DNA of 64,000 nucleotides from Lophium mytilinum (Eukaryota): NCBI GenBank assembly GCA_010093605.1, contig MU004200.1, positions 682,001 to 746,000 of the forward strand, read 5' to 3'. Shown piece by piece: positions 50,651 to 62,261 of this stretch (position 1 is its first letter; each line of letters starts with the position of its first letter). The notes under the pieces were generated by a model. It saw only the letters and a program-made list of their open reading frames with translations, ran no database searches and was not told where the DNA came from. The position numbers and the translations under genes were made by a program.

Positions 50651-50962
50651 TCAAACGACGAGTTTCTTTGTAGGCTCCGGGGGTGGAGTGCAGCCTTTGC
50701 CGTTGCATTCCTCTTTTCCCGGCTCGAAATTACAGCAGCACGTCTTTGTTCCGCACTCATAGCAACACAAGTTTTCGATGCCGATTCTAGCGTTCTTGAT
50801 TTCGGCAATCATGTCGTAGTTTGAGCCTTGGTCGAAGGAAATCTGTTGTCCGTTCCCTTGTGGAGCAGATGTCGTGACCGAATCGGAGCAGATGGGACGA
50901 GAACACGAGACGGGACGAGACGTCGAGATTAACAAGAAGAACGCGGATGGGAGATACATCAT
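50651..50962 (-). CDS. Small secreted Cys-rich protein (103 aa, 10 Cys), effector/toxin-like candidate
   Basis: Signal-like N-terminus MMYLPSAFFLLISTSRPVSC and the motif NLCCYECGTKTCCCNFEPGKEECNGKGC. A paralog lies on the opposite strand. Confidence 0.7.
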   Translation of the reverse strand: MMYLPSAFFLLISTSRPVSCSRPICSDSVTTSAPQGNGQQISFDQGSNYDMIAEIKNARIGIENLCCYECGTKTCCCNFEPGKEECNGKGCTPPPEPTKKLVV

Positions 50963-51266
50963 GTATAGATATAGAAAAGGTTGTAACAAGTGATGCTGGT
51001 GGATGCAGAGAAAATTGGTCTTTCTTGCAGGCGAACATGGATTGAAGATACTAGTCCGTCGGGAAAGATGAACATAATGCATTACTTCACGTGGCGTGGG
51101 TGGCGCAGCAGGCGTAATTCCGAAACAAAGGCGCAGCCTTTCATGGTACGGCTGAATTTTAGTTTCTGTGCCTCTCTCACAAACTGCAATGGTGGAGGTG
51201 GCGCGGTCTGGACTATTACACGATTGCGGAAACACGTATGGCGCATGTCTAAACAAACTGGGCTAA

Positions 51267-51539
51267 ATGGCCAAGATCATTCGCTGTTACGTTGTTATAC
51301 TGAGACGTCATGTGTCGGGTAATTTCATGGTGCCCTTCGAAAGAAGACCCCCAATCAGCATCACCATCAATGAAGGCACAAATTGCGAGCTGGCGGACCA
51401 GATCAGCAAGACCGGATTCGCAATCAAGAACTTGTGCTGCTACATCTGCCAAACCCAAAGGTGTTGCTGCAATTTCATTCCTCTAGGCTAAATTTGTAAT
51501 GCCTTCGGATGCATCGGTATTCCAGAAACGCCACCGTAG
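51267..51539 (+). pseudogene. Paralog of the Cys-rich protein with an in-frame premature TAA
   Basis: NLCCYICQTQRCCCNFIPLG*ICNAFGCIGIPETPP*. Homology and Cys spacing continue past the TAA at 51489-51491. Confidence 0.7.
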
Positions 51540-51979
51540 TCGTGATTGTTTGGAAGGGTCTGGAAACCGTACGGGTGTGAAGGCAAGATCCAGGCCGGAG
51601 AGGTGACAAGAGACGGTTGAGAGACCATATTTCCGAATTTAGGTGGGAGCCGGCAACAGTGAACGGAGGAGTGGAGGTTTTGCGCCGCGAAGATGCTTGA
51701 ATTTCTGTTTTGTATTTAGACATTCCTATGCAATCAAAACGTTCTAAAACAGGGAGTGGGCGAGAGGAGTTTGAAGGTTATAGACTGATATCGTGAGCAA
51801 CGAGATTATGTGGCGGTTCCACAGGTTGATGCGAGGATTGACAGCGCTGAAAGCAAGAAATCCGCAACCGGATTTCACAGCAGATGGCGAGGAGAGGGGT
51901 GCGTATAATTTGGTGAGAATGCAGGCAAGTTACCTCAGCATCTTTCCATGTTTGGTCTTAAAACCGAGAGGATGTCGGT

Positions 51980-53010
51980 GAAGGTGAAAGGGCCCCTCTT
52001 TCCTAAGGGAAAATAGTGCAAGTTCTCAGGGATCTAACGAATTAAGATAAATATTTGACGGACGCGGAGGACACGCGTAGATACCTAAGAGGGGTGACGC
52101 TTTATGAGGAAAGTTGTGCAAATACTCCCCGATCTAACCGCGCGAGTTGCTTTTGCTTAGACGCGAAGGGCCGTGGAGCTTGGAAGCAGACGGGGGACAC
52201 TCGGAGGGCACGCTTTATAGGAAAGAAGTGCAAACACTCTCCAATCTAACCGCGCGATGGATTCTTAGGTAGACGCGGAATGGGGACAGATAGGTGGACA
52301 CAGAGGTAGACGCTGAAGGCACGCTTAGTAGGAAAGAAGCGCAAGTACTTACGGATTTAACAGCGTGAATTATATTTTAATAGGTGTTACGGGGAATATA
52401 GAAGAGACGTAGAGGGGTCAGTAGAAATACCGCTTAGTTTGGAGGCACAAAAAGGGGCTGCTTTGCGCAGAAGTCTTGCTGAAATCAACAGACCTAATCG
52501 CGGGATTAATTTCTTAGACAAACGCGGAGGCTAACGCAGAGGGACGTAGAGATAGATAGGGGGAGGTGGTTTAGAGATTGCGCAACTAAACTTCAGTTAG
52601 ACTTTGCCGGGGACGTAGAGGGGATATAGAGGGAGGGTGGTTTAGGGAGAAGTGTTGCATATACTAACGCATCTAACAGCCTAGATACATTCTCTCGGTA
52701 GGCTAGAGGTACAGACGAGAAAGGCCATCGTAATGCAGAGATGTTGCAAAACACCGAATCTAACCGCATAATAAATTGCTCGGCAGTCGCGGAGGTCATT
52801 AAGAGAGACGCGGAGGGGGCCCGCGGGTTAGACCTTTACGTGACAAGTGTTGCAAAGATTCACGGATCTACCCGTGCGAATTCGATATTGTTAGACATCG
52901 CGCAGGATGCAGAGGGGTACATGAAGGGCGGGCAGTTTGGGGAGAAGTATTGCAAACAATTACGGATCTAACTGCATGAATGGAATTTGAATAAGACACG
53001 GAGGGGCCGA
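51980..53010 (+). repeat. Degenerate tandem-unit repeat array C (~9-10 units of ~90-135 bp)
   Basis: Core (G/A)ATCTAACCGCG variants at 52031, 52131, 52243, 52354, 52491, 52670, 52757, 52865 and 52965. Most are preceded by a TGCAAA-like motif and followed by an AGACGCGGAGG-like motif. Confidence 0.88.
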
Positions 53011-53732
53011 GGGGGGGACGCTGCGTAGCCCGTTTTAGCATAGGAGTAGGTATGAGGTTTGAAGTCCCAGGGGATAAGACTCACGTGAGCTGATTCAAAT
53101 GTGTCCAACTAGGTGCTGTTTCGCCGTTGCGGCACTGTTTTGGAAGTCGAGTGGGCTGATTGGGCCGTGTGTAGGTGCTTTTGAGATGTCGTATACTGTC
53201 GGCACTCATGAGGTAGTTGGGTCTGGATATGTATAACTTGAATTCGACTTTAATGCCTGCAGTCCAGGGTTTTCCAAGCCTCGACATCTAAAAACGTCTT
53301 CCGGCACCGGAATTCAATCAATGCAACAACGCAACATGAGACTCCAGAAGCCAATTCAATCCGGACCTCAAGGAAAGGAAGTAGAAGTAGGCACAAAACG
53401 CCAAAAATCAACGAATCCAATTGCGGAACCTCTACTACAAAGACTAAGTGAAAAGGGGAGGAATAAGAGCAAAAAGCTTCCTCGGTAGCCATATACATGA
53501 TTCAAGATTGGAGGGGCTTCTCCATTAAAGGCAAAGGACGTGAAGGAGAGGAAAGGCAGGTATCGATAAGTTCACGTGACCCTTGAACTCCGTCGAAAAA
53601 TTGAGGAATCCATCCGTCCGGAGAGGTTGGTTACAAGCGCTAGAAAGAAGTGGATATGCAGAATGGAGGAATAATGTAAGGACTAATGAAGTCCGACGGG
53701 GTGGAGAGGTAGAAAGGGGTTGGCGCAAGCGG

Positions 53733-54836
53733 TTACATGATGTTGCAACCCCGATCTCGGTCCTTTGAGTTCTTTACGGAGAGAGCCACGCGCGCGGCTT
53801 CTGTGAAGGCTTCGTTGACGCCGCGGTTCTTCATTGCGGAACATTCTGGGCGGTGTTAGGTGCTGTAATATAGATCTTCCGAGCAACAGCTCAGATGATA
53901 ATAACGAAACCAGGATAATGGAAACTTGTGAGAGCTCTTACCCAGATACCGTAATGCTCGTATCCTCTCTGCGACCTTCAACCCCTCGTCGTACATGATC
54001 ATCGGTTTCTCAGGTTGGGGGTTCTCGTCGTCATCGGCGTCCTCGCGCCGCCGTAGATCACACTTGAGCGCGACCAGTACGAGCTTGACGCCAGGGCAGT
54101 TTTCGGCAATCTCGCCAACCCATTTCGTCTCTACGTTTTCCAACGAGTCCGGGGAATCGACCTGTCCGCCAACGAGTCAGCAATCCAGATATATTGAGGT
54201 TGATACGCCAGGCCTGACGATGGACCCCGGTCTTCGTCCAAAGATGCACAGAACAGGGGCACTTACGCTGAAGCAGAGCATTATGGCGTGTGTGTCATCG
54301 TAGGACAGAGAGCGCAGGCGGTCGAATTCCTCCTGGCCGGCTGTGTCCCAAAGGCTGAGCTCGACGTGCACATTGTCGATGTATATGTCTAAGCTGGGTC
54401 AGGATGGTGTCGCGGACTCAAGGGGTGGTGGGTGCTGTTGTACCGTGGACATAGTTTTCTGTATATTCCAATTAGCTGCGAGTAACGGCAGACGATGCGA
54501 GGGCAGCTCACCAAAGACTGTAGGCTCGCTGAGGCGGCGCAAGGCGGTTAATACAGCTCCTGAACAGCGATTGGGAGCGGCGCGTAACTCACTAGACAGT
54601 GGGAAAGTATCTGGTGCGCTGTCGTTAGCTATCGTCTTGCGCCGGAGGCTCTAGGACAACGTACCCGCGCGTGAAGACATTCAGCAGCGACGTCTTGCCG
54701 CAGGCGCCGTCGCCTCTACACACCACACATCAGTCGGCGGGATTGGACGAATGCATAGCTGCATCACAGGCAGAGGGGAGACGTACAGAAGCACGAGCTT
54801 CCGCTGCACGGACTTCGTTCCACCACAGAGCGGCAT
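53733..54836 (-). CDS. RHO3: Rho3 small GTPase, 8 exons
   Basis: MPLCG N-terminus, [50 protein letters not shown] and CaaX box CNIM*. Confidence 0.95.
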
Positions 54837-55379
54837 CGTGAAAGTCGGCTGGGGGAGGGTCGGGGGAGAATCGGGGCCGGAGGTCGCGGTGGTGAGGGTG
54901 GATAGGCTTCTCTCGCAATGCGCGGGTGGTGGGAGCACAAGACGGAGAGAAGCACAGTCGTCCTGGGGCGTGGGCGCTGGGTGGGTGGTGATGATGAGAC
55001 GGGGATGTCGGGGGGGCCCTGGTGGTGTTGCAATGAGAGCTAAACTTGGTCGCCTCTCCGCTGTCCGCTTGCCAGCCTGAGGCCTGGCCACGGCTTCTCC
55101 ACACGTAAACTCCGCCGGCTGCCTGAGCCGATGCATGTGGCGCAGCTGGCTATCACGGAGTACTCCGTAGCTTCACGTTCTTCATTCACCTTTGGATTGT
55201 GCTGAGCTGTGGAGAGCAGCAATATTAGATGAGTATGTACAGACATTTCACGATTCAGATAGGATGGAGGCAATGATAGCGCTGAATCAGGGTATCATTT
55301 GTGTAAGTATTGCTCCCAGAATGCTGCCATCCAATTGCTTCGCAGAGGGACCAGACCAATAAACATAGATTTACCATAT

Positions 55380-56426
55380 TCACACCTCGTTCTTGATGTA
55401 ATTGCCCCGAGAACGCCCCAGTCGCTCCCCCAGGTCCATCTCTCCCGTCTTGCGGTGGAGATCCGCCATGAACTTCCGCCCTCCGTCGGACTTCTTGTGC
55501 TTGTCGTCTTCCATCGCATCCTCCTCCTCGCGCTGCCGCACTCTGTCCTTGCGCTCCTGCTCCACCGCCGTGGCATCAGCCTGCATCTTTGCCAGTCGGT
55601 CCACCATATCGTCCTTCCGCTTCGTTTGAGGCGGCGATTGCGAGCGTTTGCGGTCGTTGTAGGTCTTCCGCGGTGGTGACCGAGAGCGTTTGCGGTCGTT
55701 ATAGCTTTTGCGTCGTGGCGAGGGCGAGCGCCGGCGGTAATCCCGATCATCGCGAGCCGGACTGTCAGATCGGCGGCGGTCATCGGAGCGTCGTCGGTAT
55801 GGCGACCGAGAACGTCGACGCTCGTCTGGACGTCTCTCGCGGGGTGACCTTGATCGTGATCGTCGTCGGTGATGGTGGTGGTGTCGCTCCTTGCGATCGT
55901 CGTCGTGCCTCCTACTCCGCTTGCGGTTTTCGTCCTTCCGCTTGTGGGCAACGCGAGGCGCCTCCTTCGACGCCTTGAGCATCGCCTCCATCTGCTGTTT
56001 CTTGATGATCATCAGAGGGTCGTCACGGACCTTGACAGCAGTATCCCTAGCCGAGTTTGCGTTGCCGACAACTCCCTCCACGGGGGCTGCCGCGCCTTTT
56101 TCTAACGCCTTGTTCTCGTCGTTCTTGAGGAGCTGGTCGATGCGCCGCTTGCCTAGCAGGTATCCTTCCATCTCCTCCGTTGTGCCGGTCTGCCCCTGCG
56201 TGGGCCCGGAGTACATCCAGTCCACCCGGTTGAGTCTGGTCTTCCCGCCATGGGCCTCCTGTAGTTTCTGCAGCTCCTCGATAGCTCTCTCTTCTTGCCG
56301 CTCTTTCTTGAGCTTATCGATCAGCTTGCGCTCTTCAAGCGCCTTGTGCTCTTCATCGTAGACTCGCTTCTGATTCTTCCATAAATTTGGGTGCCAACTC
56401 TTCTTCAAGTTGAGATCGCCACCCAT
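55380..56426 (-). CDS. CWC25: Pre-mRNA splicing factor Cwc25
   Basis: [33 protein letters not shown] and an RS-rich tail. Confidence 0.95.
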   Translation of the reverse strand: MGGDLNLKKSWHPNLWKNQKRVYDEEHKALEERKLIDKLKKERQEERAIEELQKLQEAHGGKTRLNRVDWMYSGPTQGQTGTTEEMEGYLLGKRRIDQLLKNDENKALEKGAAAPVEGVVGNANSARDTAVKVRDDPLMIIKKQQMEAMLKASKEAPRVAHKRKDENRKRSRRHDDDRKERHHHHHRRRSRSRSPRERRPDERRRSRSPYRRRSDDRRRSDSPARDDRDYRRRSPSPRRKSYNDRKRSRSPPRKTYNDRKRSQSPPQTKRKDDMVDRLAKMQADATAVEQERKDRVRQREEEDAMEDDKHKKSDGGRKFMADLHRKTGEMDLGERLGRSRGNYIKNEV

Positions 56427-56818
56427 ATTTGCGGTTGGGCTATCGCAGCGGCGTCAGATGAGAGCGAAATGTGACAAACGGCCGTGCAGCGAGGGAGACG
56501 TGTGAAGGGCGGGGTTATGAGAGGTCGTGGATAAATGGTTTGTGAGGCGTGGTTGAGGAGAGGTGGCGGGCGAAGGTTGGAAGAACGTGAAACTTAGGGC
56601 TAGCGTGAGCGCCAAGGAGCAGGGTTGGCGCGGGGAACTGGAATTCACCGTGGACCGTGGCGCAGATCGTCAAACAGGCAACGACGACGGCCAATCCCGC
56701 ATTCTACGACAACCTCACCAACAAATCCTCTCAAACATCGTATAGTCCCTCTGGAGCTTCAGCTTCATTTCTATTTACTCCCCCTTCAATACCATAACCC
56801 GTGCTCACAGCTGCAATC

Positions 56819-58592
56819 ATGTCCGACGACGATGATTTCATGCAAGATTCCGACCAGGAGGAGTGAGCTTCCCGCAACTGAACACCGTACACTGCTCTAC
56901 CCAGTACTAACCGACCCAGGTATGACTTTGAGTACGAAGATGACGACGAGGAGCAGGGCGGCGATGTCGACATCGAGAACAAATACTACAACGCGAAGCA
57001 GATGAAGGGCGACAATCCCGAGGAAGCAGTGGACGAGTTTCTTGGTGTTCCTGCATTGGAGGAGGAAAAGGGAGACTGGTTGGTAGACCCAGTACTGTCT
57101 GCTGTGGACACAGGCTGACGATAACTGCAAGGGGTTTCAAAGGGCTGAAGCAGGCCATAAAGCTAGAGTTCAAGCTGAAGCGCTACGACAAGGCAAGTGC
57201 ACCGCATTATCTTCCTTTCTCGGCCGATGCTAATTATACCCGCAGGCGGTAGAGCATTACCAGGAGCTGCTCACCTATGTCAAATCGGCTGTAACCAGGA
57301 ATTACTCGGAGAAGTCGATCAATAACATGCTCGACTTTATAGAGAAGGCCGCCGAAGACGCAGACGCACACCGATGCATGGAGAAGTTCTATGCCTTGAC
57401 ACTCGAGTCGTTCCAGAGCACCAACAATGAGCGGTTATGGCTCAAAACCAACATCAAGCTGGCAAAGCTGTGGTTGGAGCGGAAGGACTACCGGCAGCTG
57501 GCTGATAAGGTCCGCGAGTTGCACAAGTCGTGCCAAAAGGAGGACGGCACAGATGACCCCAGCAAAGGAACGTATTCGCTCGAGATTTATTCCTTGGAAA
57601 TTCTCATGTACGCGGAGACGAGGAACAACAAGCGCCTAAAAGTAAGTGGTTCGTCCGATATTCAATTCGGACATGCATGCTGATTGTTGCAACTGCAGGC
57701 CTTGTACCAGCGCGCCCTCAAGGTTCGATCGGCCGTGCCGCATCCCAAGATCATGGGAATCATTCGCGAGTGCGGCGGCAAAATGCACATGAGTGAAGGT
57801 AAGCAGTGTGCATAATGTTGCCAGGCCAGACCTTGACCGTTCACAGAAAACTGGAAGGAAGCGCAGAGCGACTTCTTCGAGAGCTTCAAGAACTACGATG
57901 AAGCCGGCTCGCTGCAGCGGATCCAGGTGCTCAAGTACCTCGTTCTCACCACTATGCTGATGGGTTCGGATATCAATCCATTTGACTCACAAGAGACCAA
58001 GCCCTACAAGACTGATCCTCGCATATCCGCAATGACGGATCTCGTGGACGCATACCAGAGGGACGACATCCATAGCTACGAAAAGATTCTGCAAAACAAC
58101 AAGGATCTCCTTGCAGACCCGTTCATCGCCGAGAACATTGATGAGGTCACGCGTAACATGCGCACCAAGGCGGTCCTCAAGCTCGTCGCGCCGTACACAC
58201 GGTTCACGCTGGCGTTCATCTCGAAGCAGCTGAAGATCTCGCTTCTGGAGGTGCAAGATATCGTGAGCTTCTTGATCGTGGACAAGAAGCTGCACGGGAA
58301 GATCGACCAGCACAACGGCACGGTGGAGGTGGAGAGTCACACAGACATGGATCGGGTGCAGGCGATGCGGGAGTGGAGTGCCGCAATTGGATCGCTGTGG
58401 GCCACGGTGCTCAACGAGGGCGAGGGCTTCAAGTCGGACGAGAGCGGCAGCCAGTACTCGTCGATTGCGGGCGGCGAAGGACAGGCGTCACAGAGGATGA
58501 GCTGGAACCCCAATGTCGCCGGGTCCAAGGCGGGCAAGGCAAAGGGTAAGGGGCTCTCGGGCAGATTGCCGGGCGCTGGGAGCAAAGGATGA
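56819..58592 (+). CDS. CSN2: COP9 signalosome subunit 2
   Basis: [71 protein letters not shown] and a PCI domain. Multiple introns. Confidence 0.96.
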
Positions 58593-60347
58593 TTTGCGCG
58601 GATGACTTGCAGGCGTGTGGCACTCGGCGGCGGACCGAGGGCCAATGGGTGGGTGGAGGGGGAGGGTTTGGGCGGACAGGGCAGTATCACGATACCGTCA
58701 TTTGAGGCTTTCCAGACTCGAAGCGTTGAGACCTGCACCTGGGCGGCGACCAGGGCCGTCTGGCACCCGGGCTGGTGGCACTTGGTAGGCGTTTCCTTTG
58801 GCATTCCACACAGCAGTCTCAGCGGCGATCGGGGCCGAGTTGGTCGGGAGCGATGCTTGGTGGGCGCTGGGGCGAGGGCGAAGTGTATGTAACCTGGCCT
58901 CGTTTTCTTCGACTGTGGCCGCAGAGGGAACCGCGTTTGCGGACAGAGCACGACTTGCAGCCGCCTATCGCCGTGAGCGCAGCCCTTGCGAAACCGGGCG
59001 AGTGCCGTCGCTGGGCCTGGGGCGCGATCGCACCGGGGAAGCGGGAGAGCGTCCAATGCGCCCGCGACCTGGCGACAGGCGCTCAGTATCGAGAGACGGG
59101 TACGGGCTGGCCTTCAGACTTTCTTCTGCTGCTGCTGCAACTGCTGCTGCTCCTGCGGCGCCGAATCATGGGCGTATGCACGCCGCAGGGTGACAGAGGG
59201 CACTTGTCTGCTGGACGCCTGCCGCGGCCACTGGCGCACCGTGTCGTCGAGCGTGGTGCCTTGCCATGTTGGGGCGCTGCTGTGTGATAGCTCACTTCTG
59301 CGTGTCGGCCGCTACAAGCTCACAGGCTCACGGGCAGGACGTCGTCGCCGCTACAGCTGTCCTCCGCTACCACGGCCAGTAGTCTTGCGTAGTCTTGCGT
59401 AGTCCTGCGCCAGCCTCCCGCTTCCGCCGCTATTGCTCGCCCCGAGCGTGCCGGCCGTAGCGTGAGGGCCGTGTGAGGCCGCACCGTGGTAGCGTCGAGG
59501 CAGCGTCCAGGCGAGCTGGTGAGCTCGAGGTTGTCGATACGGGCCTCGATAGACGATGGTGCCGACACAGTGAATGTCGATATAAGTCACGTGCCCTGTC
59601 TCCCCATCGACTCCCACCCCATCTCCCACCACAGCACGCCCGCCTCCCCTCCACAGGCCCATTCCGCTGGCCATCGTGAGAGGACGCAGCCCCCGGCCGC
59701 ACGCTGCGATCCATCGAGCCCTGGCGACGCCTGCTGCAGGCCTCGTCCTGGCTCTCTGGCTCTCTCGCGCTGTCGTCCTGGCTCTGCTGGGCTTCCTTTT
59801 GCTTCCCCCCCGGCTTGTGTGCGCCTGTCTCCCTCTTGTGCGCCCATCGCCCGTCTCACGTCTCCCTCCCAGCCCGCTGTGCTCTGGCGCGCCATTGGCC
59901 GCGACCCAAGACTCGCCGTGCAACGACGCTCGCCGTTTCAACCCGGCAGTGTGAATGTGTTGCAACGCGCATTGGTACCTGGCAGCAGATTCAATAAGAC
60001 GGGCGCCCCCAAGCAGCGCCGCTGCTCTCTGATATATTGGCGTGCCCCTGGGGGACAAGTGCGTATCACAGCAACGACGGCCTCCCGCCCAGCGACGCGG
60101 GCTTCCAGCATACTAAAGCCGCCCTCCTCGATCGCGAAAGCTGCCTCCTGCTAAGAGTCTGCGGTGGAATCGCAAAAGCCTGCCCGTGGCCGCCCGTCCG
60201 TGAAGCCAGTGTCGTCGTTCTCTCGCCCTCGCAGTGCTTCGCCGTGCCTCAAAACACCATCGTGAGGCCCTGGACCGCCGATTGCCTGCCCCATTGCCTG
60301 CTGCCGATTGCCTGCTGCCCCTCCTTCGTTCGTTCGTTCTAGCGAGC

Positions 60348-62261
60348 ATGAGCCGGCCGGCGGTGCTGTCGTCTTCGCGCGCCCAGCATCTTTCGTCGCA
60401 TTCCTCCTCCTACCCACATCACCCGCCCTTCTCTGATCCCGCTCTGGCCGCATCGCTGTCGTACAGGCTGCCTCTCCGCCCGCCGGAGCATCCCGCCCAA
60501 CACCACCACTACCACCCGCAACAGCACCTCCACGACCCGCTCCACATGTCGGGCCCGCCCTACATGCCCTCGGACGAGGAGCTTGCCCATCTGCAGAAGC
60601 TGTCGAACGAGTACGAGCCCGAGGTGACGGTCGGTGCTGCCCCGCTATTGCTGCCAGAAGTCCAAGTCTAACGCTGCGTAGGGCCCGCTGGTCGGCGAGA
60701 GACAGTCGAGCAGCGCCATCACCACCGAGTATGCCAATGCCGACCCCGTCTACCGCACCAAGACGGCCGTGAGTGCCCCGTCCTGCCTCGTCCTGCTCTG
60801 CCATTGCTGTGCCAGCTCGCTGACCCCGCCAGGCGCTCCCGTCAAAGTACTCCCACTACCGGACGTGCAGAGGTGATGGCCACTGCGGCTGGAGAGGTAC
60901 ATAAGCATCACCCTAGACACGGACCCCATATGGACACTCGGCTGATATGCGTGACAGCTATTGCGTTTACCTACTTCGAGGCCCTGCTCCGCGTCGGCGA
61001 CAAGAACCGCTTCTTAGAGGAAGAGACGCGGCTGCGGTCCCTGCGCAACCTCCTCAACACCATCGGCTTCCAGGAACATCTGTACGAGGACTTTGCCGAT
61101 GAGTGCTTCGACCTCCTGCGCCGCACCGGGGCGGCCATCCCCGCGGTGGACGACAGTGCTGCCGCCGAGCTGCTTGCTAGCTTCAACGACGTCGGCATCT
61201 CGATGGCCATAATTACCTACTTCAAGGTAGGTTGTCGTCAATGCTCCCAGATATGGGAAAGCTATATTGCAGGGTGAATTGCTAACCCCCGCTCCAGCTG
61301 TTGACGAGCGCCTGGATCCAGACCCACCCGGACGACTTCCAGCCTTTCTTGGAATTTGGCCAGGACATCAAGCAGTACTGCTCAACGCAGATCGAGCCCT
61401 CCATCTGTGAGATTGACCACATCGGCATGAGTGCGTTAGCGGAGGTTCTCGTCAAGCCTGCCGGATTCGCCATGGAGGTGCTGTACCTCGACCGATCGCC
61501 GGGGGATCAGGTCACCGAGTACAACTTCGATCCTTTGGGGCATGATGGCCTGCCATTGCACAACCCACCCACGATGCGACTACTCTACCGGCCGTAAGTA
61601 CTCATCACTACTAATAAATCCATATGCTAACAACTCCCAGCGGTCATTATGACATCCTCTACAAGATTGAGGATGTGCAGTCGCCAATCGTCTCCCAGGC
61701 TCCCCTACACGTCAATCTAGCAGGCTACACTGACGAGTTCGTTCCAATGAGCAGAGGAATGTCCGACGTGATGACTCTGATTCCCGGGCTCTATCCCACC
61801 GGCATGGGTCAGAATTGGCCTCCTGTCAGCTACGACTTCCATCCGACTCCTGTTCCTCAGCCGCAAATGGCTCCAGTGTCATCGTACGCTCCAGTTCTTG
61901 CCTCCACCCCAAACCAGGAGTACGCAAACCCTGTGCACCAAAACGTCCCTCTCGACCCACCAGTGAACATGCCACTCAATCCTCTTATGGCGAACGAGAC
62001 GGCACGCGGAGGTCCCTTCAGGCCGTCCGTTTATGAGCTAGAACCTGGCTTTCACTCCGGCCAAGCCCCGCTCCAGTTCCAGACGTCAATATTCCGGAAG
62101 TAGGTCTTGTCGTTGGAATATTTTGGATCAACACTAACCTTGTTAGCTCCCATTACAACACAGCGCACTTCCTAAACCCAGATTTCCAACCCGAGGAATG
62201 GACGCCGGACTCGGAATATGTGACGACAAACCGCTCTCGGCATAAGTCGACGTCACAATAA
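60348..62261 (+). CDS. Otubain-like deubiquitinase (peptidase C65)
   Basis: YRTCRGDGHCGWR|AIAF catalytic Cys motif, YLDRS, LLYRP|GHYDILY and terminal NSHYNTAHF. The start could instead be the ATG at 60546. Confidence 0.92.

Noticed and set aside
51980..53010. Array C as a CRISPR array or a decayed ankyrin-repeat gene (one frame reads KVVQIL.DLTA)
   Set aside because: Eukaryotic context, degenerate repeats, mutually related spacers and no cas genes. Unit lengths are often not multiples of 3, and stops occur in nearly every unit.
58337..60804. Many 100-240 aa overlapping ORFs
   Set aside because: Expected in high-GC sequence; Arg/Ala/Pro-rich with no motifs.
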